DNA from: Octopus bimaculoides
Lineage: Eukaryota
DNA: 36,622 nt
NCBI RefSeq assembly: GCF_001194135.2
Contig: NC_068982.1
Location: 29,873,632-29,910,253, forward strand
Reading direction: 5' to 3'
Shown here: one piece after another, positions 20,766 through 33,207 of the stretch
How positions within the stretch are numbered: position 1 is the stretch's first letter
Layout of the letters: every line of letters begins with the position of its first letter
Made by a program: the position numbers and the translations under genes
Notes under the pieces: generated by a model
Told to the model about the DNA's origin: nothing
What the model saw: only the letters and a program-made list of their open reading frames with translations
Databases searched by the model: none

Positions 20766-21039
20766 AATCTATTTACCCGTCCATTACATTGGAAAGATGC
20801 AATGTTGCCAGAAGAAAAATTTCTGTCATAACAAGGAACACGTTTTTCTTATATAATTTTACTCATGTCGAATGAGTCCTCATTACCCGCAAGAATTTAA
20901 TTTTTACCCCACTTGGGGTAATTTACCCTGGTCCGCTGATCCCTGCTTGATATTATAGTTTAGTTTAGTCAGCTCAAAAATAAGTGTTTTTGTTTTGCTT
21001 TTTTGGTGTCGGTCAAGAACAAAATTTAGTAGGTGACAA

Positions 21040-21332
21040 ACAAACACATACATGCACATGCACGTACACACACACACACATGCATGCATGCACACACACT
21101 CACACACACATGCACACATGCACACATACACACAGACACACACATGCATGCACTTACACACACACACACACACTGGACTTCTTACAGTTTTTGTCTACCA
21201 ATCCCACTTACAACACTTTGGTCAGCCTGGGGCTATAGTAAAAGACACTTACTCAAGTTGTTACATAGTGGGACTGAACCCAACACTAGATGATTGAGAA
21301 GCAAGCTTCTCACTCACACAGCCACTCCTGCA
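21040..21332 (-). mobile_element. Family C SINE head (21173-21332) with its CA-rich microsatellite (21040-21172)
   Basis: gtgggactgaaccc...cacacagccactcctgcacc. Same head as 5610-5772. Confidence 0.8.
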
Positions 21333-21974
21333 CCCACGACAACTTTTACTTTTTTTTTTTTTTTGCTTTCTAATATTTACAAGCTGTTATTTGACAAAAC
21401 CTCATGGTTAACACTATATAAGTACTTTAGTGTTGTCTCCTAGTGATCTTAAATGATGTAGATCAATATCTCAGGTGGTGGTGGTAGCAGTGAGGTTGGA
21501 AGCAGGCAAGTTATTGCTTCATAGCTCTGAAAATAAAATGTCAAAACAGAGACTAGTGGATAGTAATTTCATTTAAGTCTACAAATGACCCAAAATTAAT
21601 TGGCTTGGAAGTTCTTGTAGGACAGAACCTATAAAGAAATGCTAATGAAGAAGGTCACAAAATCTTCCGTGATATTTAATAAAGTAACTGTCAACTCTTC
21701 AAAGGAATTAAATCTGTCAATGTTGATTAGTAGTTTTCTCTCACCAAATATTGACACTAACTTAAAGTGTATAATGGCATTCTTTTAAATGAGGAATTGA
21801 CTCTAGAATTGTCTAGAGGAGATTTATGCTAGCAATGCCATAATTCTCTTAAATTTGATTAGCAAATTGAAGTATGTGTATACATTTTTCACTTTATCAA
21901 ATAAATAATTGATAGTAATTTTGATTGTTAACTGCTACCAAATTTCTTCTACATTCCTTTATTTTCAACAATCG

Positions 21975-22015
<41 letters not shown>

Positions 22016-22594
22016 GTTAACTTCCACTGCCTCTGCTGGCATGGGTTAGACAGTTTGACTGAAACTGGTAAGCCAGGGAGTTGCACCAGGTTCCAATCTG
22101 ATCTGGCATGGTTTTTAAGGCTGGATGCCCTTCCTAAGCCCAACCACTCCATGAGTGTAATGGGTGTATTTATATGCCACCGGCACGGGTGCCATTTACA
22201 TGATACCAGCAACAGCCACAACTATACTATCATGGGTGTCATATACATGACACTGACAATGGCCACGACTATAACTTCACTTGGCTTGACAAGTCTTCTC
22301 AGCACAGCATCACCAAAGGTCTCGGCCACTTGTCATCGTGTCTGTGAAGCCCAACATTCGAAACGTCATGCTACCAGCAACAGCCACAACTACGATTTCA
22401 TGGGTGCCGTTTCCATGATATCAGCAACAGTCACAACTATGATTTCACTCAGCTTGATGAGTCTTCTCAAACACAGCATATCACCAAAGGTCTTGGTCAC
22501 TTGTCATCGCCTCTGTCAGGCCCAACATTCGAAGATCATGCTTCACCACCTCGTCCGATGTCTTCCTGGGTCTACTGCTTCCACAGGTTCCCTC
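21975..22594 (-). mobile_element. RTE-type LINE 3' end: last ~50 codons of the ORF, duplicated UTR segment, family B tail
   Basis: The reverse complement of 22594-22445 reads EGTCGSSRPRKTSDEVVKHDLRMLGLTEAMTSDQDLW*YAVFEKTHQAE*. This overlaps the EGTRGRGRPRKTW end of the fragment at 34768-35031 and continues into family B sequence and (GAT)n. Confidence 0.9.
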
Positions 22595-22754
22595 CAAAAA
22601 TGAAATAGAAACAGTGTAATTGCAGTCAGCTGTGCATGATTAGTCTTGTAGTAACTATTGTTATCACATTTGAATATTAACTTGTTAGTATGTACCATAC
22701 TATTGCTAATTGTTTCAGGTGATTATACAGTGGTAATCAGATATAGACAGTAGC

Positions 22755-23022
22755 ACAGGTGTGGCTGTGTGGTAAGGAGTTTGTTTCCAAATTACATAGT
22801 TCTGAGTTTAGTTCTATTATGTTGTACTTTAGGCAAGTGTCTTATACTATAACCTTGAACTGATCAAAGCCTTGGGAGTGGATTTGGCAGACAGAAACTG
22901 ATAGAAGCCCATTGTGTGTGTGTATGTGCATATGAGTATGTGTGTATGTATGTGTGTATGTATCTATGCATGTATGTATGTATGTATGTATGTATGCATG
23001 CATGCATGTGTGTGTATGTATG
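22755..23022 (+). mobile_element. Family C SINE head followed by (TATG)n microsatellite
   Basis: gcacaggtgtggctgtgtggtaag...gagtggatttggcagacagaaactgatagaagccc. Confidence 0.8.
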
Positions 23023-23181
23023 TAAGTCACTTCTATCTTTTAACTATTATAAATCTTCCACTGAGGAAGGAGCTGGTTTCCAACAAAGATACAAGACTCC
23101 ATCCTTGGGATGTAGTTAACACAGACAAATTCACATTTGGAACTTGAGAAAAGTCTTGCATATTTTTACTGTTCCACTCAG

Positions 23182-23775
23182 TATGTATGTATGTATGTAT
23201 GTATGTATGTATGTATGCATGCATGTATGNNNNNNNNNNNNNNNNNNNNNNNNNNNNNNNNNNNNNNNNNNNNNNNNNNNNNNNNNNNNNNNNNNNNNNN
23301 NNNNNNNNNNNNNNNNNNNNNNNNNNNNNNNNNNNNNNNNNNNNNNNNNNNNNNNNNNNNNNNNNNNNNNNNNNNNNNNNNNNNNNNNNNNNNNNNNNNN
23401 NNNNNNNNNNNNNNNNNNNNNNNNNNNNNNNNNNNNNNNNNNNNNNNNNNNNNNNNNNNNNNNNNNNNNNNNNNNNNNNNNNNNNNNNNNNNNNNNNNNN
23501 NNNNNNNNNNNNNNNNNNNNNNNNNNNNNNNNNNNNNNNNNNNNNNNNNNNNNNNNNNNNNNNNNNNNNNNNNNNNNNNNNNNNNNNNNNNNNNNNNNNN
23601 NNNNNNNNNNNNNNNNNNNNNNNNNNNNNNNNNNNNNNNNNNNNNNNNNNNNNNNNNNNNNNNNNNATAAAGAGCTATACACATACTGTATACATATTTA
23701 TGTACATACATGCACACAAAAACATACATACATCCATATACACACACAACACACATGCATACATACACACATACT

Positions 23776-23808
<33 letters not shown>

Positions 23809-23820
23809 ACACTCACACAC
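23182..23820. repeat. (TATG)n and (CA)n-rich microsatellites flanking a gap
   Basis: Read directly from the sequence. Confidence 0.9.
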
Positions 23821-24596
23821 AGAACTTACTCCCCCAAAATTGCTGACGTTTTGCCAAAATCTGAAACCATTATCCTCATTGACAAGCCGCTGGTATTTAA
23901 AGAGTGTTAAACACTTTCGATATGCAAATTAGGCACTCCTTCATAGAATAACTGCTGCATTTGTTGAGTATTTAAACAGTTTGGCTGCTTGTTTGTCCGG
24001 AGACTGTCAGAACAATGTGGACCCAATAAGGTTTGATAATTGATTTAGGGTGTTCATCTTTCTTTTTTCAGTCTGCAGAGAAATGGCTAAAATTTGCCCT
24101 GTTTATAATTATATCATATGTTACATATATATATGTGTGTATGTATAAATAATAGAATAATAAAAGTAGTGATACGCAATATAAATCCCAAAAAGGTAAA
24201 ATTCAATTGTGACTGAGGGTGCAGGGTTTGTTTTGGATTTTTCTTTCTGAATTTCATTTCATATCTTATCTTTGGCATGTTTCACTCATTGGACAGCAGC
24301 CATGCAGGGGAACTTTCAGTCACAATTAGTAACAAATNNNNNNNNNNNNNNNNNNNNNNNNNNNNNNNNNNNNNNNNNNNNNNNNNNNNNNNNNNNNNNN
24401 NNNNNNNNNNNNNNNNNNNNNNNNNNNNNNNNNNNNNNNNNNNNNNNNNNNNNNNNNNNNNNNNNNNNNNNNNNNNNNNNNNNNNNNNNNNNNNNNNNNN
24501 NNNNNNNNNNNNNNNNNNNNNNNNNNNNNNNNNNNNNNNNNNNNNNNNNNNNNNNNNNNNNNNNNNNNNNNNNNNNNNNNNNNNNNNNNNNNNNNN

Positions 24597-24870
24597 CACA
24601 AGTGTCAGTAAGGTGACGCTGGTAATGATCACTGGCATGGAAACCAGACAGCTGCTCTGGCAACGATCACACTCGGACAGTGCTCTTAGCGCTCCACTGG
24701 TACAGGTACCATCATGATTTCGTTTTCGCTTGCCCCAACAGGTCTTCACAAGGCAAGTTTGGTGTTCAATGAAGGAGAGGTTGGCATGAGTGCCAGTCGT
24801 AGTATTTGGTTCGATTTCGATTTCACTTGCCTCAACAGGTCTTCGCAAGTGGAGTTTAGTGTCCAGTGCG
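24597..24870 (-). mobile_element. Family B-related variant with a ~97-bp internal duplication
   Basis: ctggcaacgatcacactcgga matches the family B subunit ctggcaacgatctcgctcgaa. The segment gatttcg..ttc.cttgcc.caacaggtcttc.caag occurs at 24716 and 24813. Confidence 0.6.
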
Positions 24871-24879
24871 TGTATGCGT

Positions 24880-25082
24880 GCGCACATGTTTGTGTTTGGC
24901 ACCCACCATCACTTGACAACTGGTTGGTTTGTTTACAACCCTCTAACTAAGTGGTTTGACAAAAAGTCACCAATAGAACATGTACCATGCTTAAAAATAA
25001 ATATCGGGATCAATTTGTTTGGTTAGCCCCAGTCTAATGCCCCATGGCTGCAGTCTAATGATTGAAATAAGTAAAAGAAGAA
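24880..25082 (+). mobile_element. Family C SINE, 3' half
   Basis: cttgacaactggttgg...catggctgcagtctaatgattgaaataagtaaaaga. Confidence 0.7.
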
Positions 25083-25854
25083 AATATCATCAAAATCCCT
25101 AAGTTACAAGATAATGCATGATTAAAAAGTAAACAATGTGAATAAATAAGTATTTCATTTGACAGATTAATCTGACTGTTAAAGGGTCAATGTAACCATT
25201 ACAAATTAGGAGAGGACATTGGTTAAATTTTCCTTAACATCATGCTTTTAGCCAATATTGCTACACGTATGAATTCTTGGCTATATGGTTGATGGAATAA
25301 AAACTAAGTGTAAATTGAAACTCAGCAAGAATATTTTTATTGTCAATTCCGTTGCAATTACAGCTGTTCACATTATTTAATTACTGAAGGAAAAATATTT
25401 TAATTAGAAGAATTGATAGTACAAATATTGTGACAGTTCGTTCGATTTAGGTATTTATTTGTATATTTTTTTTATAGTTGTAATATATTTATGTAATTTT
25501 GTTGATATTTTATATTTCTGTTTTACATTTTTATGTTTCTAACTGTAATGAACGAGTTGTGATTTATCTTTTAAAGAAATGCAGAAATTCATTGAATAAA
25601 TATAAAAAAAAAAAATTATGATAATTTTAACATGAGAAAATTGTAAAAAATTATATAATTTCCGAACCAGCTGTTGATTATTTAATAGAGATATGGTAAA
25701 AATATATAAAAAGAAAGTTATTCTAAGCAAATATTTTCATTTTAAAATAAATGAGAAAAATAAAAAACAAAAAGAGCTAAAAATGACCATTTCAACTAAA
25801 TGGGAAAATGCTTTGGTTTGTTTGGATTTTATTTTCTAAATTTTATTTCATATC

Positions 25855-26054
25855 TTTTATTTTTGACTTGTTTCAATCATTGGACAGCAGCCATGCAGGG
25901 ATATCATCTTGAAGGGTTTACTTGAACAAATTGACCCCGGTTCTTATTTTTAAAAATCTGGTATTTATTCCATCAATCTCATTTGCCTGACTACTAAGCT
26001 ATGAAGGTGCAAACAAACCGACACCACTTGTTAGATTATGTGTGGTAAATAGAT

Positions 26055-26088
<34 letters not shown>

Positions 26089-26250
26089 GATGAACTTCCA
26101 CATAGTCTTCATTGACCAAATTCATTCACAACACATTCTTTGACCCAGGACTGTTGTTGAAGACACTTCTCCAATGTGCCACACAGTGGAACTGAACCAG
26201 AAACTATGTGAGTGCATGGTAAGCTTCTTAACCACTCAACCAATTTCATA
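25855..26250 (-). mobile_element. Family C SINE, near full length, with central (CA)n
   Basis: 3' half at about 25855-26050, (CA)n at 26057-26088, head at 26090-26240. Confidence 0.8.
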
Positions 26251-28249
26251 ACATAGAAGAATCTACTGAAACATAAATAAAGGTAATCAGATTTCAGAGT
26301 AAGCAGTGGCATAAGTTTAACTCAAAATGCTAAGTTACCTTAACAACTTCTGTTTTGCTTATTTAATTATATACAAATCTATTTCTAGTTTCCGATCAGT
26401 GTAACTTGTAAAGCTATAATTCTGTAGACAGCATCCTTTTGTTTCATCAATGTGTGATACCTTGTTACTATTAAAGTAAAATAGCTAGTTTATGCAATGC
26501 TTGATTTGGACAATGCAACTCTCAAAACTGCTGATTTTCACATCAAATCTATCATGAAAAGATATGCATACAAAAGCTGTAGTCCTGCTGTTAACAACCA
26601 GTGTTGTCTTTGCTGTTACTTATTTTAAATATTTATTGTCATTTTGAAAAAGAACACCACCAACAAAAACAACAAAGTGAGAAGGAAGCATAAATTAACA
26701 GAACAATTCTTTACAATCTCTTTGCAAGGCAGGTACTATTTTGATACTTTGCAAAATAGATTTGCAGTGCTTGCAAACCTTTTCCATTCAATTATCCAGA
26801 GGTGCTTGTTTGTGGAACAATGCTTATTCAATAAAAGAGATTGATGAGAGAAAGAAAAATGTATACTGTCTTAAAAAAGGATTAAGTTTGCTGATCTCTT
26901 TCATTAAAATACTTTCATAGACTCGTAAAATATAATTCTTTCTTTTGGAAAAAAATAAATTTTTAATAAAATTGAGTGAAATAAAATAAATCTTTTGTAG
27001 ACTATTAAGATCTGTATTGTTAAAACAAAACAAAACAAAATAAAACTTGCATTACATGCTGTTTTGCATTAAAGAGAATTAACAAATATCTAGACTAAAA
27101 ACAAATTATAACTGAATCTGAAGTTAAAACTGTGGTAGGGGATTTTTTTTTGTAAGGATAGTTGTGATATTCAATGAATGATGATTTCTGATATAATAAT
27201 GGTCTTGTCTGTTCACAAAGATGTTCTGGCATATTTTTAAAAGACTAAACAATAAATTATTGATTTATTTACTAGTAAAAATTTATAAAATAGAGAGATA
27301 ATTTTTTTAAGAAAAATTTTTGTAAAACTATTCATAGCCTTAACCAAAAGAAATTAAAATCGTTTTTATCATGTTTAGGAAAAAAAAATACATTCAAAAT
27401 TTTATTATGAAAATAGAAAACAGTTGATGTTTAAGAGAGATTTTTAGCACTCTGAAAAATTGAAGAGTTGTTAAAAGACTAATAGTTCAACCTCAAAATT
27501 TGGTAATTTCTTTTTTGCCAAACTGTATAACATTTTCAGTCCATATGTGTGTGTGTGTAATTTTTTCTTATTTCATATAGTTTATCTGCTAGTTGTTTTT
27601 GGAAACAATCATTAAATTTTCTATATTTGGTATATTCTTTTATCAAAAGATACAGATGTCCATCAAATGGAACTAATTTCTATTTATTGTCAGGCTTTTG
27701 TGAAAGCATAAATTAATTTATTAGTTACATAATATATATATAATAAAGATGAAAATGTACACCTTAGTTGTAATAGTTGTTGAATCATTGTTAGATATTT
27801 TAAATATACATTAATAATTGTTATATCATTTTTAGATATAAGGAAAATGAATATTTTACTTTTTAAGTACCATTAACAAAAGTTTACTGTTGCAACACTT
27901 GTCTTTGCATAAAAGTGTTTTTTATAAAAGAATTTCAGCAATTAGTAAAGCAAGTGTTTAAATATGGCTTATATTTCTTAAAAAATTGTTTTTCTTTGTT
28001 TATTTGTTATTGTTCCATGGTTAAGTCTGAGCATTTATGGAAATATTTAAAAATCAGGTTGATTCAATTCTGCATTTGCAGACAGGTACAAATAAGAATT
28101 CTTAGTCAGGGTTCAAGAGCTGTAAGTTCTACATTAATTTGTCATGTATGTTCTCTTTCTTTTTCCTGGTCTTTTGATTGTACTTTCACATCCACTTGGC
28201 AGCTGACCTCTACAGCAGTGAATGACTTTTGTTCCCTGTTCCACAGAAC

Positions 28250-28404
28250 ATGTATGTATGTATGTATGTATGTATGTATGTATGTATGTATGTATGTATG
28301 TATGCATGCATGTATGTGTGCATGTATGTATGTGTGTGCACGTGTGTGTGTGTGTTCATGCATGTGTGTGTATGTATGTATGTATGTATGTGTGTATGTA
28401 TGTA
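28250..28404. repeat. (TATG)n / TG microsatellite
   Basis: Read directly from the sequence. Confidence 0.95.
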
Positions 28405-28938
28405 TGAGAGAGCAGAGCATGCCATCAAAGTGACACTGGGGTAAAATATACGAAGCCCAAGATACCCATCATGACTACCCGTCTGATAAGGGTACACCAG
28501 GCACATGCATCTCAACCATATGTGCGCGACATGGTGATCTCATATCAAGATAAACAGCACATGACCTCGCAGGTGGAGCCCAGTTAGAATTTTCTTCAGG
28601 TCGGGTAGCCTATCCTGCTCAAAAGGTCCTTGAATAAGGTTGTTTAAGGATATTGAGCAAAACACCCATGTTTCCAGAGGTGAATTATTCAAACCCCAAA
28701 GAATTCCTCTCAACACATGGCTATGATGCTCCCCAACTACTTCTGCTCATGATCAGAGATGCACGTATCGTCAACCACCAAGGGACATGCTCAACTGGTT
28801 ACGGTCAAACAATTGACGAGCAAATCTGTGGTATTGAGCAGAATATTTGCTGTAGCCCATCTTTTTATACCAAGACAAAACAATGTACATGATAACACTT
28901 CCAATCAATTAAGATCAGAAGCCATGAGAGCCACTGCC
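28405..28938 (-). mobile_element. Family F repeat, longest copy in the window, inside (TATG)n
   Basis: The reverse complement is colinear with 13557-14032 and extends further 5' (ggcagtggctctcatggcttctgatc). Confidence 0.9.
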
Positions 28939-29694
28939 GTATGTATGTATGTATGCATGCATGTATGTACATTGTAAAGTTTTGTAATATTTCAATTTAT
29001 TTTAGTTCTCTCGATTTACACTCAGTTGTACATAAAACAGATATTNNNNNNNNNNNNNNNNNNNNNNNNNNNNNNNNNNNNNNNNNNNNNNNNNNNNNNN
29101 NNNNNNNNNNNNNNNNNNNNNNNNNNNNNNNNNNNNNNNNNNNNNNNNNNNNNNNNNNNNNNNNNNNNNNNNNNNNNNNNNNNNNNNNNNNNNNNNNNNN
29201 NNNNNNNNNNNNNNNNNNNNNNNNNNNNNNNNNNNNNNNNNNNNNNNNNNNNNNNNNNNNNNNNNNNNNNNNNNNNNNNNNNNNNNNNNNNNNNNNNNNN
29301 NNNNNNNNGAAATGGTTTATCAGGAGACTTCTTGTCTCTTGTTTCTTTGTCTTCTCTTTATTGGTGGGAGGGAGGGGAGGGGCGGCATCAATGGCACAAA
29401 AAGAATGTGCTTGCATTTTCAGTTCACTCACAGGGAGGCTTTGTTATACACGCATAAACGTACACACACTCACAAAGAAACACAAACACATACACTGACA
29501 CATATACAAACACACACATCATATATATATACAAATCAATTTATTGGTTAAATGAGTATGTGTGCGAGTGTGTGTGTATGTGTGTGTGTGTGTGTGTGTG
29601 CATTCTTTTCCTAAATGAAAAGATGAAAAGAATACATGGGAGAGATAGAGACAGACTAGATTCAACAGAGAAACCAAATATGGAAATTACAGTC

Positions 29695-30097
29695 AAAATG
29701 GCCATTAAGGTTTGTTCATCAGGGATAGCTGCAGAAATACTGCCACTATCCAGTAATGTAGGACACATATCAACCATTCACATAATCAATACAATAGTAC
29801 AGAGAGGCATTATACCTAATGACTGGAATAATAATATCACCATCAACAATGAAAGTATCAAACTGATGGATCAAGTTATGAAAGTAATAGAAGTAATAAC
29901 ACGACCAATTTAGGTGAATATTAGTTTAGATGAGATGCTATTGTGATGTGTGAGAAGATGGGGTACCACCGATATTCCCTTTCCAGTGAGACAACTACAT
30001 GAGAAATTTGTTAGCAAGGAGTGAACTATTATATTTAGCACTTGTTGATTTAGAGAAAGCCTTTGGGAGAGTACCACATTCTATAGTCTGGTTGTCG
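29695..30097 (+). pseudogene. Decayed RTE-type reverse transcriptase fragment (N-terminal RT subdomains)
   Basis: SSGIAAEIL...GIIPNDW...IKLMDQVMKV...ISLDEM...GTTD...VRQLHEKF / LLYLALVDLEKAFGRVPHSIVW, with stops, frameshifts and a deletion. Matches the recalled FVDxEKAFDRVP motif. Confidence 0.85.
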
Positions 30098-30360
30098 TTC
30101 TGAAAACAAGGCAAGAGTTATCAATGAGTTCTGTGAGGAATTTAGCAGCCATGCAGCCATATCTGTGCCTATACACTGCATTTGAAGAAAAATAATTTGT
30201 TTCACTGAATTCAGAAAATAAGATATGAATGATCAAAGATGGAATATCTTTAATCATAGGGCTACTCAATCAAAGCTAATCTGGAGCTAATCAGCAAAAA
30301 AAAAAATTGGGTAGAATATATCAAGAAAGAAAAGAATAAAAAAAACCTTATATACCTAAG

Positions 30361-30510
30361 CCCTTTATTCTCTGTAGAGCACAGGTCTCCACTGTTATTG
30401 AATCTGGGCTGTCTTTTCTGATTCTCTATGCTTGGATCCCTATTTTACTTCTGGATTTTGCTGCCCCACATCATATATCTCCCTAAGGGAAGGCCTTCTT
30501 CTCACTGGTC
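30361..30510 (-). mobile_element. Possible highly decayed RTE-like ORF end
   Basis: Minus-strand pieces RRRPS..., EKTAQ..QWR and DLCSTENK resemble the AQ.R..WR...ALCS..N ending. Fragmentary. Confidence 0.3.
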
Positions 30511-30679
30511 ATATTGGTTTTGAATTGTCATCAATAATTCTGTAGCTTTGCCTTTTTTTAGATAGGGGTTTTGGCCCTACACAATCCTACTTTTACCTCT
30601 GAAGCGAGGTGATCCATATTTTTCTGGCTGTTAGCCTTTTCACGTTGCTCCAGTTAACTCAGCTGTAGAAATGAGTCGT

Positions 30680-30968
30680 CGCCATCATCGTCATCATCAT
30701 CATCATCATCATCACCATCATCATCATCATTTGATGTCTGCTTTCCATGCTGGCCTGGGTTGGACAGTTTGACAAGAGTTGGCTAGCCAGAAGACTAAAC
30801 TAAGCTTCAATGTCTGTTTCTTAGGAAAGGCCTCCAGCTGTAGAAACCAGGCCAAATCAGACTGGAACCTGATACAGCTCTCCAGCTTACCAGTTTTCAG
30901 TCAAATTATCCAACCCATGCCAGCAACGAAAACAGACATTAAATGATGATGATGATGATGATGATGAT
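30680..30968. mobile_element. Two short family B 3' ends back to back (30680-30820 minus, 30821-30968 plus)
   Basis: (CAT)n + gatgtctgctttccatgctggcctgggttggac on the left, and tccaacccatgccagc...cagacattaaat + (GAT)n on the right. Confidence 0.8.
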
Positions 30969-31353
30969 CCGTGCTAGTGGCCTGTAAATAGCACCATTTG
31001 AGCATAATTGTTACCAGTGTTGCCTTCTAGCACTTGTGCTGGTGGGACGTTAGAAAACCATTTGGGCGAGGTCATTGCCAGTGCCACTGGACTGGCTCCC
31101 ATGCAGGTGGCATGTAAAAAACACCTTTTTGAGCGTGGCCGTTGCCAGTACTGTGTGACTGGCCCTCGTGCCGGTGGCACGTAAAAGCACCCACTACACT
31201 CTCTGAGTGGTTGGCATTAGGAAGGGCATCCAGCTGTAGAAACTCTGCCAGATCAGATTAGAGCCTGGTGCAGCCTTCTGGTTTGCCAGTCCTCAGTCAA
31301 ATTGTCCAACCCATGCTAGCATGGAAAGCAGATGTTAAACGATGATGATGATG
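30969..31353 (+). mobile_element. Family B RTE 3' end with (GAT)n tail
   Basis: Colinear with 20397-20765. Confidence 0.9.
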
Positions 31354-31974
31354 ATATATATATATATTTCTAAGGATACCAAAATTTAGCTTCCCCAAGT
31401 GGAGCACCAGCAACCCTCGGGCTAATCATATCTGTCAAACCTTTAAAAGTGGTTTAATAACTTATAAAATAGATATATGGTTTATAGAATCATATAAGAA
31501 AGGAAAAAAAGAATACTTTGGAGCTGAACAGTTTGAGACGGTGATATGCTGGATGATAATAACAGAAGCTGATAGTAAAATTTAAATTACCAAAAGGTTA
31601 AAGAAATGAAATAAAGAAATAAAATAAAATGAATATATAAAATAAAATAAACATATGAACAGTTGGATAAGATAAAAATATGCAATACACTTAATAAATA
31701 ATGACAACTAATAAAACAAAGTAAAAATAAATATGCAAAACTACATTGAATAAATAACAAGTCCAATCTGTATCCTATATATAATCTTCACAGCATATAC
31801 AGAAGTGATAGAGTTATATAAATGACATGTACCATTCACATGCTTTCTACATTAAATTTAGGAAAACTATAAAAATAGATAGTATCAGTGATCATTTTAT
31901 AAATGCATCAAATATAGTAATATGATTAAGGTCTGCAATACATTTATACCTTAGAGCAATGATACATTGTCAAC

Positions 31975-32114
31975 AACATATATGTGTGTGTGTGTGTGTG
32001 TGTGTATGTATATATATGTGTGTGTGTGTGTGTGTGTATATAAGTATATATATATATGTGTGTATATATATCTATGTATCTATATCTATGTATCTATGTA
32101 TCTATCTATCTATC

Positions 32115-32145
<31 letters not shown>

Positions 32146-32146
32146 C

Positions 32147-32181
<35 letters not shown>

Positions 32182-32396
32182 GCACACATATATATACATA
32201 CACATATATATACATACATATACAATACATACATACATAGGCATTCATATATATCTAGGTAAGTTATATATGACAAAAAAATATGATGCATATCCAATCA
32301 TATTTCCATAAATCTACTAACTTGAATAACTGAAATATCCTTTATTTTATTCATTATTTATTACTATTATTATTATCATTATTATTATTGCTGTTG

Positions 32397-32437
<41 letters not shown>
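31975..32437. repeat. TG/TA/TCTA/CATA microsatellite block and (TAT)n tract
   Basis: Read directly from the sequence. Confidence 0.9.
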
Positions 32438-32832
32438 GGCCTTCTTTAAAACCTATTTCTGTATTATTTTCATTCATTCTCATTTTTATGAAATAACACA
32501 CAATGGCATAAAACAACAAGAAAAGGTCAAACAGAAAATAATAACAATAAGTATCATCGATTCATCATCATCATCATCATCATTGTCATTGTCGTTGTCG
32601 TCATCGTCATCATCATATATAAGAATGAATGTGTGTCTATATATATGCAAGGGCATAGTGAGAAATATGAAAAATAATCTGTTATTTCAGAAAAATCTGC
32701 ATTAGAGGAACAGTTTAAAGTCACCATTTTTTTTTTAATCACTTTTTTTTTGCATCACAGACTGGTTTCAGGCAAAACAATTTTTCAAAAAACTGGAAGA
32801 TCGTGCACTCTTATCATTGTTTCAATTGATCT

Positions 32833-33090
32833 GGCAGCAAGCTGGCAGAATCATTAGCATGTAGGATAAAATGCTTAGCAGTATTTCACCCATCACTACA
32901 TCCTGGGTTCAAATTCTGCCAAGGTCGACTTTGCATTTCATCCTTTGGGGTCGACAAATTAAGTACCAGTGAAGCACTAGGGTCTATGTAATTGACTAGT
33001 CCTCTCACCCCAAATTTCAGGCCTTGTAGCTTTAACAGAACAGATTATTATTATTATTATTATTGTTGTTGTTGTTGTTGTTGTTGTTGC

Positions 33091-33148
<58 letters not shown>

Positions 33149-33149
33149 A

Positions 33150-33207
<58 letters not shown>

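Noticed and set aside
22055-22603. 182-aa plus-strand ORF
   Set aside because: It is the antisense reading of the RTE 3' end and its duplicated UTR.
23840-23875. IMVSDFG as a kinase DFG motif
   Set aside because: Residues after DFG are not activation-loop-like, and no other kinase subdomain is visible.
26480-26920. Protein-like open stretches (MLDLDNATLKTADFHIKSIMKRY; GACLWNNAYSIKEIDERKKN) and a cluster of TTGCAA palindromes at 26722-26776
   Set aside because: No convincing paired splice sites or recognised homology, and short motifs are expected by chance in AT-rich DNA.
28085-28130. Possible plus-strand micro-exon ending in a GTAAGT donor
   Set aside because: It has stops in the phase needed to follow the other candidates, and the acceptor is ambiguous.
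31959-32311. YI/CV/HT/poly-L/poly-N ORFs here and throughout the window
   Set aside because: Translations of di-, tri- and tetranucleotide microsatellites.
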